From Cycas panzhihuaensis (Eukaryota; Plantae; Cycadophyta), in contig CM041465.1 in assembly GCA_023213395.1 (NCBI GenBank), positions 186,255,741 through 186,319,740 of the forward strand: 64,000 nt of DNA, written 5' to 3'. Positions 54,630 to 64,000 of this stretch are shown one piece after another. The number at the start of each line of letters is the position of its first letter. Position 1 is the first letter of the stretch. A model generated the notes under the pieces. That model was not told the DNA's origin and made no database searches. It worked only from the letters and a program-made list of their open reading frames with translations. Made by a program: the position numbers and the translations under genes.

Positions 54630-56392
54630 GAAATGTTATATTGATTTCATTGATGATGTATGTTGAATGATGATGGATGTATTATTATACTATCACCTAT
54701 TATTAACTGATAACTATGGCATTAATTATTCCTTTCACGATCAATTTTAATCATTTCTTCCTTTAAAACATCTTACTTCATGATTTTATCTTAATTTCAC
54801 CCTTAGATTATCTTTTTTAATCAATATTTGGGTATGTTCTTATTATTTTCATTCATTTTGGGATATTTTTCTTATTAATAAAGTCATTTATGCTATAATT
54901 TATCAATAAAATTATTTTTTAACTTTTTAATGAGTTATTTTTATCTCCTTATTTATCGTATTTTTGGTACTGCCAAAAATGTGATCGATTATGTTTTATG
55001 AAGAAAATTACATTTTTGCTTATTCAAAAATATAACCAGTCATGTTTTGACTATTATGCATATGAAACTCTTCTAGTGCACTAGTTTTCTACATGTCACT
55101 ACCAAGATTTGATGGAAACCAACCCTAATCATGCTCAGAACTGATGAAAACCTAATTGTTGGCTATTACTCAAAGTTGGTGAAGTCAGAGATTAAGTTTT
55201 TTGGAAGTGCTTCTTAAGATTTTTTGAGAGACTTTGCTTTACTATTTAGAAAGCCTTTTTCAAAGAGAAAAAAGAGTGAAGTTGGGAAAAAGATTTTGGA
55301 GCTTTGGTTGCTATTTTACTTCTTCTCAAGTTTCAATATTTGTTGTTTCTTAGAATACTTAAATCCTTATGAATTTTACAACTTCAAACTTCTTTCTTCC
55401 TAGTAATATTTTTCCTATTGTGAATTCTTGCAAATCTTCTACTCTTTTGTGATTGTTTGTGATTAGAATCTTTCCTTTCTTCTTGATGATATTTAAGGCA
55501 CCTTTGTACTTATTTTCTTAATTGCAAATTTAGTTAAAAGGTTTGCCCTTTATGGGATTAAAAAATGGCATAGTCTATTGTAAAGAATGATCATCTCTTC
55601 ATTGATTAGATAGCTACTCTTTCCCATTCTTTCTCAATAGTCCAAATTCCAAAGAGGCCTACATTTATCTTAACTTGTTTATGGATACCATTGAGCATGT
55701 TGTTCTTGTGTCTCTTTTTTTCCTTTATTGGTTTTAAAGGAAAATTTAAAAAAGTTTGATCACATGAAAGAAGGAAATCCATTTTGAGGTAGGAGCTCAT
55801 TAATAAGTAAGAAACTATCGAAAGTTACTAGTATTTCTCTTGTTTAACTTCATTCTTTTCATTGCTCTCTTGTTTTAAAAGGAAATCTGAATATATGAAT
55901 GATATGTCTTTGATGTAATCAAATCATATGATATTCCAAGATCCTTTGGTGTTTAAAAGACTCCATTTGTGATAGAATCTTTTAATTTTTAGTCAATTAC
56001 TTGTCTATAGATAATGACTTGATTATGATTGATTACATGGAATCTTTATGATCTAAACATTATTTATTATAATAGAAATATATCTTTAAAATCTCTCTTT
56101 TCATCCTGGAATCATTCTCCAAAAAGAAAATAACATGTAATTGAAAAACAAAAGCTTCATATAAACATTGCATATTATTCAATCTCTTGTTGATTTGTAT
56201 ACATAATTGCATATTATATTAGTTGCATTTCATGTTAGTTCTCCTTCATTAAAAAAGTATGTGTTGCATCTAAAGGAAATAGTATTCCCCCCCCCCCCCC
56301 CCCGTTTTTTCCATCTTAGTATGTTTCATTTTAAAAGGAAAATAAAAAGGACATTGCATGTGTGAAGTTAGTGCTTATAGTTATGTATTGAA

Positions 56393-59300
56393 TGTTGGAA
56401 GATAAAGGGAGTGCAGAGTGGGAGAAAGTATGAAATAATCAGTCCATATTGAGAATCACAAACCAAAGTATCATATTATTCAAACCATTGTATAATGATA
56501 GTACATCAAGTTTCCTTTAGAAGGTGGTGTTAAAAGACACCAGGGTTATGCACCCTGGAAAATATATAGTTATAAGGGAGGAGGAAAACCTCCTCAACCT
56601 TTAAAATTTAAATAATAATAAAATAATACATAACTCAATATAAAATTAAACTCATCTAACTTACCCTTAACATGTGTATTATCACATGTGTCTAAGATGG
56701 GAGTGGGGTAATGAACATTAATCTTAACAAACTCCCCCTTAATATTCATCATGAACATCCTTTATTTCTCCTTAAACTTGTGGTATCTATACTTGAAGAA
56801 AACTTTGAATACTTATGTCTTAGCTTGATAATCAACATCCTTGATGTAATCAATAACAACTTACCTTGTAATCCTTTCAACAAAGTGGATCTCTTTAATA
56901 TCATGTAGTATGAATAGCTTCCAAGTAAGTGTAGTAGAGGTAGCTTGATTTGAATGAATAAAAATAGTTTTATCTTGATGTTTGTTCTTTACTTTAGTTG
57001 AGTCTATGATATATATCATCTTACCAAATGTGACATTGGGGTCATTATTTGTATTGAAATCTATACCAGTATAAGAAATGTTAATCTTTTCATCAGATGG
57101 TATCTACTCTAACATCTGCTTTACAAGAAAAGCATCATCAATATAATTAGTGATATTAAGATGTAAGGGATCTCCCCCATAAATTAATTCTAATGTATTC
57201 CACACTAATTTGGATGTAGTCATTTTTAAATCACAAGAAAATACATTATCATCTATGCTACAAAACAAAAGTGCTAGGACTTCATTATCCCTTTTCAAAT
57301 CTTCTTTAATGTTTAGTTTATATCCATCATTTATATATTTTTAAAGGTTATTTGAGATTAAGTGTTCTTTCATTATGATTCTTAAAAGCTAAAAGTTATT
57401 TCTATTAAATATTAAAAAACTAATATTACTTAAATTCATTGCCATTATGTAAAGGCTTTAGTACAAGATCAACAAATATGGTTTCAATGAATGGCTAAGA
57501 GGAATAATCCTCAAATGATAGTATGATGCATAACTCTATATCAAGTCACAATGAGTACTAGTAAAGGGAATCAAGATATTCTTCTTCCTTTAATGAACCA
57601 AAAAATAAGTGCTAATATATAATTTAATACTTCCATATTGATATACTTTTGTAAGAAAAAATAGGAGGCTATACGCTCTTTTGATTGTGATGCAAAGTAA
57701 CAAGGAAATCCTTAATGTTTTGATTGTCAATTAACTTTTAGAATATTAAATTAAACTTTTGAGACAAAATAATCAATGAACCTTGAAACCTTAAGCTTTT
57801 GTAAATTTTAAGTTGAGAAAAGAAAGGACTAAAGCCTTTGATAAAGAACAAAATGACTACTTAACTAATATATAAGAAAAAGATATTAGATTTTGAATGC
57901 CAAAGTGTTCCTTTATAAGAAAAAAAATAACTATATGAAACTTGTAATTTTTGAACAAAAACTATGCTTAAAGTGATTAAAATTGCTAAAAAACTATTTA
58001 TTTTTATTTTATAATACAAAAATGAAATAGAATCAATGTAGATATTACCTATTTGATGTTTTATAGCACTTGGGTTTCTTGAAGCTTAAGGAGTTAAAAT
58101 TAATATCAGTTGGCTATAAAATAGCTTCTAATGTATATGAAAGACCAACAATAACTCTAAAAAATTGATTAGAAATATATAATACTCGAATATAATTGTT
58201 TGAAATGAAGAAATACTTAAAAAATATTACTAAATAAGCTTGTATAGGGCTGAATTAGAACCTCAACTTAAGCAACTTTAAAGTCCTGTAAAATGATGTC
58301 AAAATATAATAAAACTAATTCCAACATGAAGTGCTCTAAAATACCTTTCGGATGGTTCTTATGGTTCAAAAATCAGAGTTGAAATGATTAATTTATTGCA
58401 AAAGCTATGACTATACCTCTTTATGACTAATAGAATAAATGTTAAAAAAAATTTGTCACTTTGATCAAATAAAACTCAGCTGAAACAAGCTCAAATTAGA
58501 AAAGTGATAACACCACACTGAAGATCTCTTAAATATGTTCTAATGAGACCAGTTTTTCTAAAAACTAATACTTCAGGGGTAAGTTATAATAATAAATATG
58601 ATAAGTGCTCTTTAGGTAAAAATATAATGAAAAACATTAATAAAGTAAATTAACCCCTTTTAGAAATGGGGAACACAGTTACATGGACTAGTTTTAAATC
58701 ATAGTTGGGTCTCTACAAAGGTTGAAAACCTCAAACAACTTAGAATATGCTCACCAGCTCTTGAAATGAGTCAAAATCCAGAAATATCTTTAAAAAATAA
58801 AAAAATACCTCTTAATAAAACTCAAAATGATGAGGTCACATGGACAAAGGAGGAGACCAAGGGCCAAATAAAGGGGGCTAAAACTCTTTAAACCACACAA
58901 AACTCAAATTTTAGTAATAAGAATTAAATTTAATCAAACTATAGTTAAACTTTATAATATAAATCAAATAAATATTAATAAAATAATATGAAGAATGATG
59001 TGAAGTTGTGTGGCTCGCCGTAAGCATATAGGCAAAGAACAATCACCAAAAACATGTGGAATCGATCAAGAATGATTGATATTACATCACAGATAGGGGC
59101 GTAGATGTCACATGCCCTAGATTGATCAACGATCACCAAGAAATATGAAGAAAAAATGGTATAAACAACACAAAAGAGAGGGTGATATAAAAAGCCAAAC
59201 GGTGGTCTAGCATTAAAAACATAGACTATATCAAGTAGAATGATCACTAAACACTGATGAAAACTCTTTAGTGTTATATGAAGATGAAGAATGACTAGAT

Positions 59301-59952
59301 ATATGAGATCAATTTATAAAAAACTTTTAAAAAATGCTTGTTATGAGTGAAAAAACAAAGGAAAAATAATAAGAAACTTGGGTGAGGAGGTTCACTTGAC
59401 TTAAACTTTTCACAGAGTGCTCAGTTTCTCACAAGAGTTTAGGTGTAGTTGGGTATACCTAATAGTGAGATGCTGGTGAAGTTTCATAAAAAATAATCTC
59501 TTACAGACTTAGAATAAAGCAGCAAAGCAAAAAGAGTTAAAAATAGACATATGGTAACTTTGAGTAAGGTTTCCTTTAGCATATGCAATGAAATCGAGTG
59601 AGATTTCTTCAAATGGCTAGAGGATTCAGTTGCAAATAGAATGAGTAGTCATGTGCAATAGTTTTTAGCAATGTGGGAGCCACAATCGCTAGTTCCAAAC
59701 TGTCTATGAATGGTTCCAAAAGAATAAAAAATGAAACGATTGTAATACAAATAAAATATTAATAAATATTAAAGATTTTTTCTATAGTTTAATGTAGTCA
59801 TTAACTAATATTAAACACATACTAAGAATAGTCATGATAAGATATTGTGAGACTCCTATATCCAATGAATACTTGCTCTAATACTAAATGAACTAAGATC
59901 TATGCTCTGATACTAATGTTGGAAGATAAAGGGAGTGCAGAGCAGAGTAGGT
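56393..59952 (-). mobile_element. Element E: non-autonomous gag-only LTR element of the A/B clan; 5' LTR interrupted by F
   Basis: 3' LTR 56393-56729 plus PPT reverse complement AACTCCCCCTTAA. The second LTR begins identically (TGTTGGAAGATAAAGGGAGTGCAGAG) at 59917. Doubled PBS at 59875-59886 and 59904-59915. Confidence 0.9.
57104..57445 (-). pseudogene. Copia-type gag N-terminal remnant of element E
   Basis: IFNRNNF*...KRDNEVLALLFCSIDDNVFS...TTSKLVWNTLELIYGGD, closely resembling the A and B gag remnants. Confidence 0.85.
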
Positions 59953-60738
59953 ATAAATGGTGCAAATTCACAAATGGTGAACACCTTTTGATCCAAAAAT
60001 TATATCTCAAAATATAAACCAAATATAAAATATGATGCCAAAATGTACAAAATATAAATAGAGTTCCAATCGAGTACCTGTGCTGCTTGCAACAATAACA
60101 AAACCCTTCAGAGTGGGGATCCTCCTAGAATTTGTAGTCCTAAAGCCAGAAATCTACACTTACCTAAAGGCTAAAAATACAGAGGAAAAATCTTCACAAC
60201 TAGATGATTTGGAACGACCTCAAAGTCCCTATATATAGGTGCACATACTGGGATATAATGAAGTCAGTGAGAGTAGGAAGGAATGTGCCTAACATAACCA
60301 TGAGAAGTCAGCCATAGCTAGTGCATAGAAGTTGGCTAGACTCTAAAAGAGGTCACTTCAAGTCCCCCCTTAAAATTGTACTTTACCCTCAAAGCATTAG
60401 CAAGTTCAAAAATTGCCTTAACCATTCATTATTTTCCTAAGTGGCATCTCCAATATTCAGGTTCTTCCATTTGATTAGGTGATCTTTGATTTATCTAGAC
60501 CTAAGAGATTAGGTGCGGGATTGTAAGATTCCTTCATGTTCTAGCATCATCTTTCCTTCCTCGCCGTGCTTAGGTATGTTGGATTGAGGAACAATCTTTT
60601 CCCCAATTTTCTTCTTTAAATAGGATACATGGAAAACATTATGATTCTTTATGTTTTCTGGGAGTTTTAACTAGTAGGCAACTTCACCTATTTTAGAAGT
60701 GATTTTGTAAGGACTAAAGTATCTGGGTGCTATCTTTT
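59953..60738 (-). mobile_element. Element F: chromovirus 3' end (LTR, PPT, chromodomain, integrase C-terminus)
   Basis: LTR ends ...CACTTCA at 60360, then PPT reverse complement AGTCCCCCCTTAA. Minus-strand motifs: LIKWKNLNIGDAT*E, HNVFHVSYLK, KKIAPRYFSPY. Confidence 0.85.
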
Positions 60739-61195
60739 TGTTAGGATTATTAATGTTACTTTTATATTATTTATTATGTCCTATTTAATTCACATGTGTA
60801 AATTATTATTAAAGTGATTCCAATGTTTAGAGTTTAGAAGTTAATTAAATATTATGTGAAAGGTCATTGAAATGCGCAACTACCCATTTCAACAAACCTC
60901 TCTTATTATTTATATCTTCTCCTAGATTTAAGGAGGTAGTTCTGAGAATCTAGGAGGCAATCTAAAGCCTATCTCAAAGGTTGGTTTGGTGTTTGTAAAT
61001 GGTATTTATTAAGGTCTGTGTATAAGTCTATTTTTTTAATAAAATCTTAATTTTAGAAGGTGTTTTTTCTTCCCCAAAAGGGATTTTCCACATGTCAAAC
61101 CATGTGTACTTGTGCAATGTCTTTCTCTTATGTTTTTACTATTCATGCGATCCTATGACATTGTTCATGTGCCTATTCTCACATGGTATCAAAGC

Positions 61196-61880
61196 CTATA
61201 TGACCCAAAATTTGCTTTAGTCATGAAATCTATCCATCATATTGTGATTCAATAACCTTAAAATTATGAGATGCAATTGCAAGCAAGCCCTTTCATGCAG
61301 TCGTATGCAACTTCACTGAACCTTCATATGCCATAGCATGCTCCAGTAAAACACATAATGAGACTAAAGCGACACTCTCTGAAATCTCTCCATTACCATT
61401 AGTTAAAGCTTTTCTATATTTAATCTCATAACATTTATGCAAAAACCTTATCATAGCAACATACATTTTTTGGCGGGAACAAAAGCTTTTGTTTCCCTAC
61501 TTAAGAAGGTTCCATCACCTTTGGATGATACTGGAAGATATAGTATAATCTTTAAAAGGAGGTTACTTCTCTGGCATAGATTAACTAGACTAATTCATAA
61601 TTCTGTCATCCTGTTTTGGTGGAAGCAAACTCTCTAGGGTCATCTCTCTTATATCCAGCTTGCTATCAGTAGCTCCAAGCATACAGATAAACTGGCTTAG
61701 ACAATTATCGATATTGTACAGAATGGTAGCCCACCAAACAACACAAAATCATGCCTCATTTTCCACCACTTAAGAATTCTCTAATAAAAGTGCTTCTAAG
61801 TCCTTTGATACTAACTCGTTACAGTCCTTGTAGGCTATAATAAGGGAGTTAATAGCTTCTTAAACAAGAACACAGAGAAA
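61196..61880 (-). pseudogene. ECM29: Captured intron-less fragment of proteasome adaptor ECM29
   Basis: *EAINSLIIAYKD...KDLEALLLENS*V.ENEA*FC..WWAT.....CLSQFICMLGATDSKLDIREMTLESL...QKLLFP..MYVAMIRFL.KC...LCVLLEHAMAYEGSVKLHTTA*KGL...IS*LKQILGH, matching recalled plant ECM29 motifs over ~225 codons. Confidence 0.88.
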
Positions 61881-61885
61881 TACTA

Positions 61886-62146
61886 GTCTGCAGAGTACCA
61901 GTCTCCTTGGCGATTGTTAATGAGGGGCCACATGAGACCCCAGGAGAAGATCAACCCTAACAAAAGAGATATGTTTACCAACTATGGACAAATCATTCTC
62001 GCACCAATCTATGTGGGACTGAAATCAAAGTAAAATCTTTGGTCATGAGCCCTTAATCCAAAGGTGGGAAAATTCACAAAACCACAATCATCACCAGCGA
62101 CAAAGAACCACTAGAAGAAACCCCAGAGGAAGCATATGAAGAAGAA
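61886..62146 (-). pseudogene. YSL: Captured fragment of a Yellow Stripe-Like (OPT family) metal-nicotianamine transporter
   Basis: [79 protein letters not shown]. Confidence 0.92.
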
Positions 62147-62610
62147 TAAAATTACTCCACCAGGGTTGCAGGGATACTATCAGATGCTTAGTAACTAAGA
62201 AAACCTCCTCAATCATCGATCCTGTAGGAGCCTCATTCATTCTGATTGAAGGTGCAGCTGGTGCATTCCCAGAATGAAAGTCATTAGAGAGGAAAAGATA
62301 AGACAAAGAAATGGAGAACCCTCGTCAGGAATCCCAGCCATCTCTCCCTCGAATCACATGAAGACAACGTCATCATGGTAGCCGAGTGATGATGAGTGCT
62401 TGAATTGAAGCTTATGCCCTGAGATAATTCATCGTTCCAGTCTTCGATCAACTTACAACAACAATAAACCCTCATCGTCGCCACGATCCAAGCAACCAGG
62501 TAGGGTTTCTTCCTTTCCTTCCCCCCACTCAGACCCCAATATTTTTCTAATTTACTTTTCTTTTATAAAATTCAAAATTTGATCGGGTTCACGTATTGTT
62601 TTTTTTAATC

Positions 62611-64000
<1,390 letters not shown>

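Noticed and set aside
59440-59465. GTPase-like GVVG(Y/I)PN motif
   Set aside because: Requires a frameshift and lacks the following GKS.

Overview
AT-rich, CpG-depleted plant intergenic DNA, probably gymnosperm (inference from element types and decay pattern). It consists almost entirely of old, nested, decayed LTR retrotransposons, with no intact host gene. From left to right: (1) a Ty1/copia 3' end whose RT-RNaseH block is tandemly repeated at least three times; (2) a tRNA-type SINE; (3) copia and chromovirus (Ty3/gypsy) remnants; (4) two large non-chromoviral gypsy elements, each with an antisense plant-mobile-domain remnant; (5) several pol-less, Met-PBS LTR elements, here named A, B, D, E and G. 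A, B, D and E carry only a short gag N-terminal ORF near the PPT. A, B and E have related LTRs and a duplicated PBS. Most notably, B and G carry intron-less, chimeric host-gene fragments antisense to the element, downstream of the PBS: kinesin-4C fused to an NDR-kinase piece in B, and a YSL transporter piece joined to ECM29 in G. This looks like a gene-fragment-capturing 'Pack-LTR' system. Two long (TA)n tracts explain most of the long ORFs in the ORF track. All protein identifications come from manual translation and recalled motifs, not from database searches.
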